Shown here: in pieces, positions 46,289 through 59,102 of the stretch | Layout of the letters: every line of letters starts with the position of its first letter | How positions within the stretch are numbered: the stretch's first letter is position 1 | From: Octopus sinensis | Taxonomy: Eukaryota | DNA: 64,000 nt | Assembly (NCBI RefSeq): GCF_006345805.1 | Contig: NC_043002.1 | Span: 65,224,001 to 65,288,000 of the forward strand | Reading direction: 5' to 3' | Program-made: the position numbers and the translations under genes | Notes under the pieces: generated by a model | Told to the model about the DNA's origin: nothing | Database searches by the model: none | The model's input: only the letters and a program-made list of their open reading frames with translations

Positions 46289-47038
46289 TATACATATATA
46301 TATATATGTATATTTATATATAATATATATATATATATATAATTATATATATATATATATACGTATACATGCATATATATATATATATCTATATATATAT
46401 ATATATAATATATATATATATATAAATTAGAAAAAATGCACCTTTTATCAACTCAAAATGAACAATTAAATTACACCATCTAGAAAATTACATATAATAG
46501 AGATATTAAAATCAAAGCAACAATAATATACAGATGAGTAAGTAAATTGCAAAATAATATTAAAAACGTATACATTTGGTAGAATATCGAAACGTGTTTC
46601 GTGGCTATATCGAAGAAATGATTATTTATATTTATACTAAATATACATTAAGTGAACATAAGTTATTCAATACTTTAAAATTAATTAATATACACAATGC
46701 TAGAACAAGTCATTGATATTGTAGTCAAAATAAGAAATGGTTCAAATATAGACAAACCCATTAAAAAAGCTAACTATATAAGTAATATATATGTGTAATA
46801 TCTATAGATTTAATATATCACTCTATAATATAGTTGGCGAAATATCAATTTAAAAAATACCTAATTATCTTAACTTTAATACTACTTATTAAATATACCA
46901 CCTAATAATTAAATAATATATCGTCTAACAACATTAATTTTCAAATTAAATTAAATGTAATACGTTAGATCCCTTTATAAAAAAAAATCGAAATAAATAG
47001 ATATATAATTAATATCTATCGTAACTTATAACTATCAA

Positions 47039-47110
<72 letters not shown>

Positions 47111-47186
47111 AACACATTTGTTAAGGAGGACAACGAATAATTAAGACATTGAGGCAAGGTAAACATCTCAAGTCGTATACAATTCA

Positions 47187-47242
47187 GTCTTACAGCTGTT
47201 TCTGGGATATCCCCTAGTTTAGGATATTCTGTCATCAGAGAC
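47187..47242 (-). ncRNA. Minimal type-I hammerhead ribozyme motif (core intact)
   Basis: GTCT-CTGATGA-[CAGA ATATCC TAAACTAGG GGATAT CCCA]-GAAAC AGCT GTA^AGAC; same family as the relics at 12675 and 36517. Confidence 0.75.
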
Positions 47243-47831
47243 AAATAGCGAATATGAGAATGGTATATATTAAATAGATGACAACAATAAGGGAGAAAGT
47301 TAAAGAATAAGGAGATGGAATAAATAAGAAAAAAAGAAGCATAAAAGTTCATAGTTCAACTTCCCGAAGTTATAGAAACAAGAATATGAGTCCTTATGTG
47401 CAATCCTGCGTCGATTTTTTTTTTTTTTGCATAATATTATATACGACTTGAGATCTTTGCATTGCCTTAATATTTTTTGTCCTGTTTAACAGTTATATAC
47501 CTGCTGCATCGGAAATCTGCAATGCCTCCATAAGTACCTCTCGGCTACAACTCTGGAACCCTAATAATGCATTACATCACTTACTAGCGTACCTAATCGT
47601 TTAGATCACCTGTGAACTAAACACCTATACGTTGTGTGTATGTGTGTGTGTATTATATATATATATATATATATAATATTATGGAGTATAACTCCAAACT
47701 TACAGGGGAAAATTCAATTTAGTATTAAATCAAATTTCACCATATAAATATATAAAATATAAATATAAATTGAGTTGCACAGTATTGGTTTTATCTCTAA
47801 TTTATATTTCATATATATATATATATTATGT

Positions 47832-47870
<39 letters not shown>

Positions 47871-47993
47871 TATGTATGTATGCATGTATGTATGAATGAA
47901 TGTACGTATGAATGCATGTATGGATGTATAATACACATCCTTGTCGTTCCCACGCCTGTCTTTGTCTTTTGTTTTCAGTATATTTGAACCATA

Positions 47994-48287
47994 GTGAAGA
48001 CCCGTGGTTTAGTGGTTAGGGCATTCAGCTCATGATCGTAAGGTCGTGAATTCAATTCCCCGGCGACGTGTTGTGTCCTTGAGCAAAGCACTTTATATCA
48101 CGTTGCTTCAGTCTACCCAGCTGGCAAAAATGAGTAGTACCTGTATTTCAAAGGGAAGGCCAGCCCTGTCACACTCTGTGTCAGGCTGAATCCCCCTAAG
48201 AACTACATTAAGGGAAGTGCCCAACTACTTGCACGTTAATTTCACGAGCAAGATGTTCCAGTGATCGTATCTGACGAAGTGTTCCTT
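47994..48287 (+). mobile_element. Full-length tRNA-derived SINE with 13-bp TSD
   Basis: A box gtggtttagtggttagg, B box gaattcaattcc; TSD tatttgaaccata at 47981-47993 and 48288-48300. Confidence 0.85.
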
Positions 48288-48316
48288 TATTTGAACCATA
48301 TATATGTATATATATA

Positions 48317-48510
48317 TAAGGGAAGAAAATGGATATAATAACAATGGGAGGTTCGTGGATTACGCTGACATGTCTTCAATTAAGTAGGTAACAAGAGGCA
48401 GAATGCCACCCTCATCTCTGCTTCTTACTTTTTTGTTACCTATTTAATTAAAGACATACCATAGTAATCTACGCGTCTCTCATTGTTATTATATCCATTT
48501 TCTTCACTTA
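48317..48510. repeat. Fold-back cassette P8 (about 78-bp arms) in (TA)n
   Basis: aagaaaatggatataataacaatg...taggtaacaa versus ttgttacctat...cattgttattatatccattttctt. Confidence 0.85.
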
Positions 48511-48650
48511 TATAATCTAAACTCCGGTTTACCAACCGAACCACTTGCTACTTGCTTACAAAAGACTGTACGTACCCAGCTAATAGCCAGGAGTGACTGA
48601 ATTTTTATTATCCCTTAGAGGTACTAAACTCCTGTAACATGATCCCCATA

Positions 48651-48706
<56 letters not shown>

Positions 48707-49659
48707 ATATCGTATCCACTCAAAAAGCTTCGATTTGTCAGAGGTGCCACGCAGTGGGACTGAACCCGAAACAATGTAGCTAGGAATGAAACTTATGCTA
48801 TGAAAATATATTCATGACAAACTGTAAGTTGTTCTACTGTGACTAAACACAACACTGTTTAGTACATTCGCGTTCGAATCTGCTGGATTCGAACACGCAT
48901 ACCATCGTCATATTTCAATAAACCACCTTCTACAGCTAATAATATCTATCTACCCACGCAAAAAAAAATTCTATATTTATTGTGATTATTGAAGAAAATA
49001 TTTCCTTCATAAAATCTTATGAATGCCTTTGTGTTGAACCTATCAATACACAAACAAGTGAAAACTAATGATTAATGAATAGAAAGATGTATTGTTAATG
49101 TATTGTGTCTGTAGGTGATGCTAACTTGGAATTTGTGTTAAAGTGGTTTTTATCTCTTGGGTGTGGTTTATGATTGGCGAAATTCAATAAATTAATAATT
49201 TGCATGTATTCTGTTATTGATGCCGTCGGCTTGAACATTATTGTTATAAAGTGGAGACAGGGAGAGATTATTTGGATATTGTTTGTGTTCAGAGGAAGGT
49301 CTTGTTGTTTTGTTCTGTGTTTTCTTTTATTTTTTGTTGGTTTTGTTAATGGGACTCGGGTCATGTCACAAGGAGGTCAACTATGTCAGATATGACCCGA
49401 GTCACTCGGACCACTGCTTTGTATTGTATAAGGTTGTGATGTGTTGGTGTTAATATTGTCTAGGCTGTTCTCATTTACACATACGCATACACATACAAAT
49501 GGTTACCGTTATATATAAAACCAGATTCACCCACGCATATACCGAAGTGCATGTATTCATGCATACATACATACACTCATACATCCACATTTACATTCAG
49601 GTATTCACAGGTACACTCATCCATATACACATCTTAGATACACATATATATATCGAGAC

Positions 49660-49714
<55 letters not shown>

Positions 49715-50823
49715 TGTTTCTTTATTAGCCACACAGGGCTGCACACAGATAGAACAAATTACAAGGTAGAGCTTTTCTTTTGGGGGTAAAAAAGGGAGTG
49801 GTGGTTTTCGATCAAAAGGGATCGTAAAAGGAAAGAAAGAGGACAAAAAAAAGGGAGGGGTTAATAAAAAAAAAAAAAAGAAAAAAAAAGATGGGGGGAG
49901 AGCAAAAAAATTGATCAATAGGGATCGTTATCACAGAAATGTCAATATGAAGTGTAAAGGGGGAGAACAGGTGAGGTTTACCCGTGGAAAGAAAGGCCTA
50001 CGGAAAAGACCACGGTAACCTCGGTCAATGAAGTCACATGTTATATTTCTTTTCTTTTTTTTGCAAATAAGCAACTCTCTGTATTAATTTTTACGGTTCA
50101 TAGAATCATAGTCAAGGTGGCTTCGTCATTCATACGTGCCATCCTTGCTACATTCACCCATCTTTTTTAAAACATTCACTAGACAAAACTTGCCTCTCTA
50201 CTCTCACTTTCCTCTTCAAGTGATACTTGAAGAAGTTGATGAGAGATTGACCAGAGAGGAAAGTGTTTGTCTCTAATCCTTTCAGGCGCGTCCACCAGAT
50301 ACATTCTTTCGCCATAGCCACAAGTATGATAAAAATAGCTCTTCCTTCCCATTTGAAGGAAGGAGGCGTGACGATATTAACGATAGACTCAGCTGATAAA
50401 CCGACACGTCCCACACGTGACAGCAGTCGTTCGACATAAGCCCACAGGTCGGAAATTGCTGGACACTGCACGATTGCGTGCAGAGCGGTTTCGTCGCTCT
50501 GCCCGCATCTCGGGCAGGTCGGCCCCGTGTTTCTGCCCGAGATGCGGCAGAGCGACGAAACCGCTCTGCACGCAATCGTGCAGTGTCCAGCAATTTCCGA
50601 CCTGTGGGCTTATGTCGAACGACTGCTGTCACGTGTGGGACGTGTCGGTTTATCAGCCGAGTCTATCGTTAATATCGTCACGCCTCCTTCCTTCAAACGG
50701 GAAGGAAGAGCTATTTTTATCATACTTGTGGCTATGGCGAAAGAATGTATCTGGTGGACGCGCCTGAAAGGATTAGAGACAAACACTTTCCTCTCTGGTC
50801 AATCTCTCATCAACTTCTTCAAG

Positions 50824-50825
<2 letters not shown>
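49715..50825 (-). mobile_element. Tx1-clade (L1 superfamily) LINE 3' end with a fold-back duplicated 5' segment, inserted in (GATA)n
   Basis: CPRC...ETALHAIVQC (zf-RVT-like), AKECIWWTRLKG...FFKYHLKRKVRVER; 3' UTR ends AATAAA-gaaaca-(TATC)n on the minus strand; inverted arms 50224-50517 / 50533-50825; (GATA)n at 49661-49714 and 50826-50900. Confidence 0.85.
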
Positions 50826-50898
<73 letters not shown>

Positions 50899-51178
50899 AT
50901 ACAGAGAGAGAGTGAGACATACAGACAGACAGACAGACAGACATAAATTCATACATAGAACGGTTGATAGATAGAAAGATAGAGAGAGAGAGAGTGAGAG
51001 ACAGAGAGACAGACATCAGGCAGACAGACAGTCAGACACATAAATTCATACATAGAATGATTGAGAGACAGATAAATAGGGAAATAGAGAGACAGACAGA
51101 CAGAAACAGAGAGACATACAAGTAGTATATATAATTTCATACATAGAATGATAAATAGATAAAGATAGACGAAATACC

Positions 51179-51410
51179 TATTTCTTTACTACCCACAAGT
51201 GGCTAAACACAGAGAGGACAAACAAGGACAGACAAACGGATTAAGTCGATTATATCGACCCCAGTGCTTAACTGGTACTTAATTTATGGACACCGAAAGG
51301 ATGAAAGGCAAAGTCGACCTCGGCGGAATTTGAACTCAGAGCGTAACGGCAGACAAAATACGGCTGCGCATTTCGCCCGTCATGCTTACGTTTCTGCCAG
51401 CTCGCCGCCT
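51179..51410 (-). mobile_element. SINE (ggcggcgagctggcagaaacg family) with Tx1-like tail
   Basis: Matches 55013-55243 and 59291-59710. Confidence 0.85.
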
Positions 51411-51754
51411 TTTTACTAACGTTGATATTGCTAAAATCAAAGTTATTGTTTAGCATCTACATACCTCGGACAATCAGATGTATGAGCAAAACATTCCAAC
51501 TTATGTTCCCCTATTTTGCTCTCCGATGTGTCATACAAGATTTTGAGATATGAGAGTGTGATTGATGCAGAGAAACAAGATGTGGTTACATTTCATATTA
51601 GATAATTGAAGTTATTATTTCTTAAGCCAACAGATGTTAAAAGCTTCCGAAAAACATCATTTGTATCGTACGTGGAATTGAAGAGTTAACACAGATGGTT
51701 TGGTATCTCTGCTGATGTAAATATATTACTGCCTAAAATAAATATCTTTTATCT

Positions 51755-52200
51755 CTTTATCCTTTACATATTTTGGTCATTAGACGGCCGCCAAGCTGGG
51801 GCACTGCCTTGAAGGTGTTTTTTAGTCAAATGAATCGGCCACAGTACATTTTCTTCTTAATGCTTGGTACATATTATATCGACTTTTTTTTACCAAACCT
51901 CTATATTACTAGGACGTAAACAACTCAACACTGGTTGTCATGCGGTAGTGGGGGAACAAATATAAACACACTTAGATATATAGATACATACAGGACAGGC
52001 CTAATCAGTTTCCACCTACAAAACCCTCTTTTGACAACCGAGACTGTAGTATAAGATATTTATCCACTTTGTAAGACTGAACTTGTAACCATATGGTTGG
52101 GAAGCAAATTTCTTACCACAAGAAATTTGCTTCCCAACTATATGGTTCCAAGTTCAGTCCTACAGCGTGGTAGCTTGGATAAATATCTTATAGTTGCACC
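51755..52200 (-). mobile_element. Composite SINE remnants (3' module plus rearranged heads)
   Basis: Module matches; the head at 52090-52200 appears in both orientations. Confidence 0.6.
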
Positions 52201-52268
52201 AGTATGAAGGGATTATAACATCAAGCAAACGTTTTTCTCAATTTATCTCCCGTAAATATTATACTTCT

Positions 52269-52568
52269 GGAGGCACATGGCCTAGTGATTAGAGCAGCGG
52301 ACTTGCGGCCGAGGGATCACGGGTTCGAATCTCAGACCGGGCGATGTGTGTTTATGAGCGAAACACCTAAGCTCCACGCGGCTCCGGTAGAAGGTAATGG
52401 CGGATTTTTGCTGACTTTTTCTCCACAACTTTCTCTCACTCTTTCCTCCTGCATCTTGCAGCTCACCTGCGACGGACGGCGTCCCGTCCAGTTGGGGAAC
52501 CTATACGCCACGGAAACCGGGAAACCGGCCCTTATGATCCAGGCATGGCACGGGAAGGAACTAACAAA
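52269..52568 (+). mobile_element. tRNA-derived SINE
   Basis: A box tggcctagtgattagag, B box gggttcgaatctc; homolog of 20564. Confidence 0.85.
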
Positions 52569-52881
52569 TATTTTATCGTATTTGATATCCAAACACAGTT
52601 CTAGGCAGCGACCTAGCAAATTGGTTAGATCGTGCGATTAAGTACTTAGAAACCATGTTCCCGGTTCTTTACGTTCTGTGCTCAAATTCCGCCGAGGTCT
52701 ACATTACCTTTTGTATTTCGGGCAAGATAAAATGAGTAACAGTTGAACGCTGGGGTAGGTGTTATCGACTAGCCACCCTTTCTAAAATTGCAGACCTTGT
52801 GCCTAGAGTTGAACAGATATTTAAGCTCGGTAGCACATCAACCTATCTATTATCTTATGTTACCAGAAATACATACACACA

Positions 52882-52922
<41 letters not shown>

Positions 52923-52949
52923 TATATATATGTGTGTGTATGTATATAT

Positions 52950-52986
<37 letters not shown>

Positions 52987-53044
52987 ATGTTGTGTGTGTG
53001 TGTGTGTTGTGTGGTGTGTGTGTATATATATATATTAATATATA

Positions 53045-53235
53045 TATCAAAATAAGCAACAGGGATATCCAGAGATAATGCAGTACGATCGCTTCTGCAT
53101 TACCTCTGGATATCTTTGTTGCTTATTTTGATAATAATCACCCCATTTTCAATTATATGGATAATACCATACTAAATTCTGGTGCCTTTAACTGAAGTAC
53201 CATATTCAAGTGAATCTAAATTTTACTGAACTTAT
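53045..53235. mobile_element. Short fold-back cassette P9 (39-bp arms 53045-53083 / 53095-53133) in (TA)n; related inverted copy at 58385-58500
   Basis: Loop tacgatcgctt is the reverse complement of a GAA(G)C-GATC-GTA HHR 3' half. Confidence 0.75.
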
Positions 53236-53475
53236 ATATATATGTATATATATATATATATAATTCAGGTAATATCACGCCTGGTAACTTAAAGCGATGG
53301 GTATATACAAATAAGTGCACATGTTGACTGGTTACCTGGATCTCCAACTTGAACGGCTGTTAAAGGTAGTTATATTATAGCCTCCTAACAATGAATGCCT
53401 ATGGCCATTTTGGAATTGCGCTCGTATACTAGAATAAAAGTGTTAACGGATATTTAAATATATTTTGTTAACATA

Positions 53476-53659
53476 GGCGCAGGAATGGCTGTGTAGTAAG
53501 TAGCTTGCTTACCAACCATATGGTTCTGAGTTCATTCCCACTGCGTGGCATCTTGGGTAAATGTCTTCTACTATAGCCTCGGGCCGACCGAAGCCTTGTG
53601 AGTAGATTTGGTAGACGGAAACTGAAAGAAACCCGTTGTATATATATGTATATATGTAT

Positions 53660-53731
<72 letters not shown>

Positions 53732-53977
53732 TATATGTGTGTATGTATATATATATATGTGTGTGTGTGTGTTGTGTGTTTTCTGTGTTTGTCTCCCCAA
53801 CATCGCTTGACAACCGATGCTGGTGTATTTCTGTCCCCGTAACATAGCGGTTCAGCAAAAGAGACCAATAGAATAAGTACTAGGCTTACAAAGAATAAAT
53901 CCTGGGGTCGATTTGCTCGAATAAAGGTGGTGCTCCAGCATGGTCGCAGTCAAATGACAAGTAAATTAGTAAAAGAG
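53476..53977 (+). mobile_element. Complete composite SINE: tRNA-like head + (TA)n/(TG)n spacer + 3' module
   Basis: ggcgcaggaatggctgtgtagtaagtagcttgct...aaagaaacccgttg(TA)n...tttgtctcccc..catcgcttgacaaccg...gcagtcaaatgac. Confidence 0.85.
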
Positions 53978-54060
53978 TATTAAGGTTGGGGTGTACAAGA
54001 GTGCATAACAAAAGAAAGTATCTGCACACCTTACTTCTTTTGTTCTTCTGATCCATCCTA

Positions 54061-54116
<56 letters not shown>

Positions 54117-54292
54117 TTTGTGTATGTATGAGTGTGTGTGTGTATATATATTTATGTATGGTTCTATGTTTATATTTATGTGCAAGTAGCATGATGCATA
54201 GACAGAAATGTGTGTGTATGTGTGTAACAGAGAGAGAGTGTGTGAGTGTGTGAATGTGTTTATATGCCAATAAAAACGCCGCTCAGTTAATG

Positions 54293-54333
<41 letters not shown>

Positions 54334-55012
54334 CATCATCATCATCATTATAATCATCATCATTGTCATTATTATATAACTAATTATGATCGTGTATTCG
54401 AGTGATTAACCAAACATTCGATGAAACAAACCGTTGGTTTCTCGGGGTCCTCTGAGTTTTCTGGCTGTAACAGACCTTGAACAGTCGATGTTACCTCATT
54501 CATAAAGTCACAAGTGGTTACATTCAAATACGCTTAATAAGAATGCAAATAAAAAAATCTGTTCGTTTAAAGAGGGAAAGCGAAATTTAAATATTATGCA
54601 TACTTAATATTTTGCATTAAATGTTTCCCTAATTTGCATTAAACATTTCCTTAAAATATTGAAAACAAATATTGTGCGTTTCTTAATTAAAGTACTCTTT
54701 AATAATTGAAACAATTAAACACACTCACATCTCATAAGAAATCCAGTTACTATAATTCGAGTAATTGTTTACTGAAACCCACCTACACACCAGAAAAATG
54801 TTTCAAAGGTTTAGTGCAACTTACTTCACCATTCCAGGTAACTGCATGTCTCACACCACACGCACGTTTGGAAAAACATTGAGATCCCTTTTCAAATCCC
54901 ACCATAGACAATTTAGATGTTAGATTCGTCTTATCGCCGGTTTACCTCCATCAGCTGACGTCTTGTATGATGTTAGTGGAGTCCGTTCCGTTGTGATGTA
55001 TCTACTATTTAA

Positions 55013-55402
55013 GGCGGCGACCTGGCAGAAACGTAAGCACGCCGGGCGAAATGCGTAGCCGTATTTCGTCTGCTGCTACCTCCTGAGTTCAAATTCCGCC
55101 GAGGTCGACTTTGCCTTTCAGCCTTTCGGGGTCGATTAAATAAGAACCAGTGACGCACTGGTGTCGATATAATCGACTTAATCCGTTTGTCTTTCCTTGT
55201 TTGTCCCTTCTGTGTGTAGCCCCTTGTGGCCAGTAAAGAAATAAGTATTTCGTCTCTCTTTACGCTCCGAGTTCAAATTACGCCGAGGTAGAATTTGCCT
55301 CTCAGCCTTTCGGGGTCGATATATCAAGTACCAGTTGCGTACTTGGGTGGATCTAATCGACTGTCAGCCTCCCCCAAAATTCTGGGCCTTGTGACTAGAG
55401 TA
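55013..55402 (+). mobile_element. SINE with Tx1-like tail (55013-55243) fused to the 3' half of a sister SINE (55244-55402)
   Basis: Junction aaagaaata|agtatttcgtc. Confidence 0.8.
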
Positions 55403-57488
55403 TTCAGTATCGTAATCAATATTAGATACATCGTCAACATTTTTCAGTTTCAAAAGAATTTAATTCCTGATGCAACATCTTCGGCAAAAGTATTACTTCA
55501 TGAGCGAAAAAAAATATTTTAGCTTTGACACCCTGAATTTTGTAAAGCGTACAAAACTCAAACCTCAAAATCTGGTTAGCGGCAGCTTATGTCATCCATT
55601 TTACATAAAATACATCCAGTTATTAACTTTATATCTACATATTTTCTATAGAATTCAGAGCCAGTCGGGAAAGTTAGGGCGTTATGTATACGTCCATATA
55701 AATAATGCAACCGAAGAAAGAAAAATATGTAATGAGTGTATAGGCACATTTCAGAACTGATTGTTCCTTCTCCAACATCGCATCCAACTCGTCAACTTGC
55801 TACGAATACATTGCTTATGTAGCCATTACGTTTAGCCGTGTAATAGTATTGGAGAGACCAATTTACATTCTTAAACACATTCCTGGCAATTGGTGTGTAC
55901 ATATTAAGAGCTGGTTGGGATTTCATTTGGTTATCAAGTATTGGCAAAATATTGACTTCGGCTACCAAGTACTGACAACGTACCAAACATCTTTCTCATT
56001 AAATTTCTTAAGAAACTAAGCGATTGCTTTGTATCATAGACAATGAGTGACACTTAGATTTAGATGGTACTGTCTAAATATTGAATAAAATTAATTACAT
56101 TTTTTAAGGTGTAACTTAGTTTTCGAAAATTACTTCTTTAAAAGAAGTTCTGCTTTTGGATATGTACAGCAAGAGAGTGACAGGGAAGCGTCAGTTTCGA
56201 GAATAAATCATTCCTATGGCAGATCGATGTCATGTGGTAATGCTAATTGAAATACATCGCTGATAGCGCAGGTGGATTGCTCCCAAATTTGTGCAGCTCT
56301 GTAGTTATTCCCATTCATTATAATCTATTCATGATTCTATGTACATCTTCTAAGGAAGTCTTCTACAAGTACCAGTCCAATACAAAGCAGAGTGGTCGAC
56401 TTTGAAGATGAGATGAACATTAAGATTTTTTTCCCGCCGGAAACTAATTTGTTAAATACGTTAAAACAAATACCCGCTGGTCCTTTGTCCGCCATACGAT
56501 TATTTGAGGTAAGGTGCTGATTGAAACCGCGAAGCCAAACATCTATAACCATTTTTTCTAAACAAGTGCATGTTTATGACAAAAGATTATAATGCGTTCT
56601 TTCATGACATCTCCAGACAGATCAGCAAGCTTATTGACGCCGGCCTTTTAACATCTTCCCATTGGTTAATAGAATTCGGTGCTTCTCATATCTCTCTGCC
56701 TTACACTTGTGCATAAGAGTTTATGTGATTCCACAGTTATTTAAACAAATTGAGTGTTTTTTTCACGTTTTTTTCCTTCTCGTACGTTGTATAAGAGTAA
56801 TTTTGGATTTTAATGATAAACGAAAAAAAAACATTAAAAGGGAGGGTAGAGATGTGTAGCATTGCTGGACTGATTGTGCTAAAATCTGACATCACAAACA
56901 GGGCTAGCAAAACAGAAGCTACAGCACGAAACACTGCAACAGGAAGCATACAACAATTAAGGATGGGTAGTATTACCGCTGCTCCGACTGGTAAAGGCCG
57001 ACCTTGTTATATTATAAAACATTACAGCAAATCGTAGTGAAATTTGCATGTCACAAAATCTTCCGTTTCCAGTTAGTATGTGTGGTGCTTATAACTAATA
57101 ATCGTAGTTTTTCTCACTCGGTTTCCCTCGTTTCACAGCTTGCAAGGATAACATATCAAATATATACAATTTATATTAGCATCATGCTGGAAAAAGAGAT
57201 CACACATGGTAGAATATAGAGCTGTTTCGTTCAATAAATGTACATAAAATGTGAAGACACAGCTTGTGTTTGTAGTAGATTTAAAACATGCTTTTAATGA
57301 TTTTTATCGATTTTCAAAAGCACTTTTAGAAGAATTTTTCAAAGTCTCTTGACAACATTAATTAATAAGAAAGTAATAAATATTTTAAAATCAGTGCATG
57401 TATTTATGTACATTTGATTTTAAATAATTTTTAAAATACTACATAATTCCAAATATTTAATTTAATTGTTATTTATTGATATATACAT

Positions 57489-57569
<81 letters not shown>

Positions 57570-58103
57570 TATATTATATATATATATACATGTATGTATG
57601 CTTGTATGACTGTGTATATGGAAGTATATGTGTACAGGTTTATGAAGCGTTATTCTATACGCATATATATGTATGTATATATATATATATATACGTATAT
57701 GTGTGTTTGTGTGTGTGCGGACATACACACATGTAGACGCACACACTCACACTTACATGCACACATAAGGCACGGCTTCTCTTCCTGACACTGTTTCCAA
57801 GTAAAATATTTATATTAATATTTCGTATTTACAAATTTGACCTTAGGGTAGTTTAGAGAGAGAGAGTAATTCAAATAAATAGATAAGAACCTTGGGTCTA
57901 AATATATATACATGTATACATACAGTATCTCCTTTCTGACAGTTCACCAATCGAGAAGCTATGCATAGACTAACTTACATGTTACCTGGTAGCACGTCCT
58001 TTGATATGCTGGAAGTAAATTATTTACATTGGTTTGGGTTGTTTCCATGTCTTTTGTATTTTCTGGTTGACTTCGAAGATGCTATATAATGTCTGTCACA
58101 TAA

Positions 58104-58323
58104 TTCTTTTACTCTTTTATTATTTTACTTGTCTCAGTCATTTGACTGGAGCACCACCTTTAGTCGAGCAAATGGACCCAGGACTTATTCTTTGTAAGCC
58201 CAGTACTTGTTCTATCGGTCTCTTTTTTTACCGAACCACTAAGTTACGGAGACGTAAACACACCAGCATCGGTTTTCGAGTGATGGCGAGGGGACAAACA
58301 CAGACACACAAACACACACACAG

Positions 58324-58386
<63 letters not shown>

Positions 58387-58702
58387 AGATCAGCAAAATT
58401 TAGATTCAGATGAATATGGTACTTAAGTTAAAGGCAACAGAATTTTGCATGGTATTATCTATATAAATCAAATGGGGTGATTATAATCAAAATAAGCAAC
58501 AAGTATATCCAAGGTAGAGTAGTACAATTGTTTCATGCTACTTCATTTTATTAAACACTGTAAGTATTACATCAGCTTTAAAATGTCGAGCAATCTTCAG
58601 CCATTATAGTAGAAGAAACATGCCCAAGGTTCCACGCAGTGGGAATGAACTGATGCATGTGGTTGGTAAGCAAGCTACTAAACACACAGCCACTCCTACG
58701 CC
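58104..58702 (-). mobile_element. Composite SINE interrupted in its (TA)n spacer by a PLE-like insert (58385-58603)
   Basis: 3' module 58104-58300, head 58604-58702. Confidence 0.75.
58518..58605 (-). ncRNA. Type-I hammerhead motif with large loop II (core intact, weak stem I)
   Basis: AATGG-CTGAAGA-T TGCT(~49 nt)AGCA T-GAAAC AATT GTA^CTACT; an alternative internal core CTGATGT also exists. Confidence 0.5.
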
Positions 58703-59102
58703 TGCATAGTATATTTCTATCTATTAAGAACCTATGAAACAACAAAAACTTACGGAAAAAATGACTCTAGACAAATTCCGAATAGAAATTCCACTGTTAC
58801 AGCTAAGAACAAATTCAAAAAAAAAATTCAAAACAATTAACGTAAAAATGGAAATAGAAACTTCCAGCATATCTGAAGGCCTAACCATCAAAATATGAAA
58901 AGAAAAATGCGAAAACAAGGAACTAATATCTCTTCAACGAGGGGAGATAAGTGTTCTTTGGTTCATCAATTATGAATGTGATTTCAAAGACGAGTAATTT
59001 ACTGAGATCCGATTCCCGAAGAAAATATTTAATTCACAAATCCGATACGCAATCGACAAAATAGGTGGAAGGTTTTTGTTTTTCTTTTCTTTTTTTTTCT
59101 AT

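Noticed and set aside
48317-48510. Hammerhead within cassette P8
   Set aside because: Only ACGCGTC and a TGAAGA-like fragment remain; no assemblable core.
49352-49402. 12-bp inverted repeat gactcgggtcat/atgacccgagtc enclosing a possible HHR
   Set aside because: Both conserved core segments would have to be deleted or mutated; too speculative.
57968-57990. 23-nt micro-exon on the minus strand (ttccAG...CAG|gtaaca)
   Set aside because: Splice-like motifs of this length occur by chance; no corroborating evidence.
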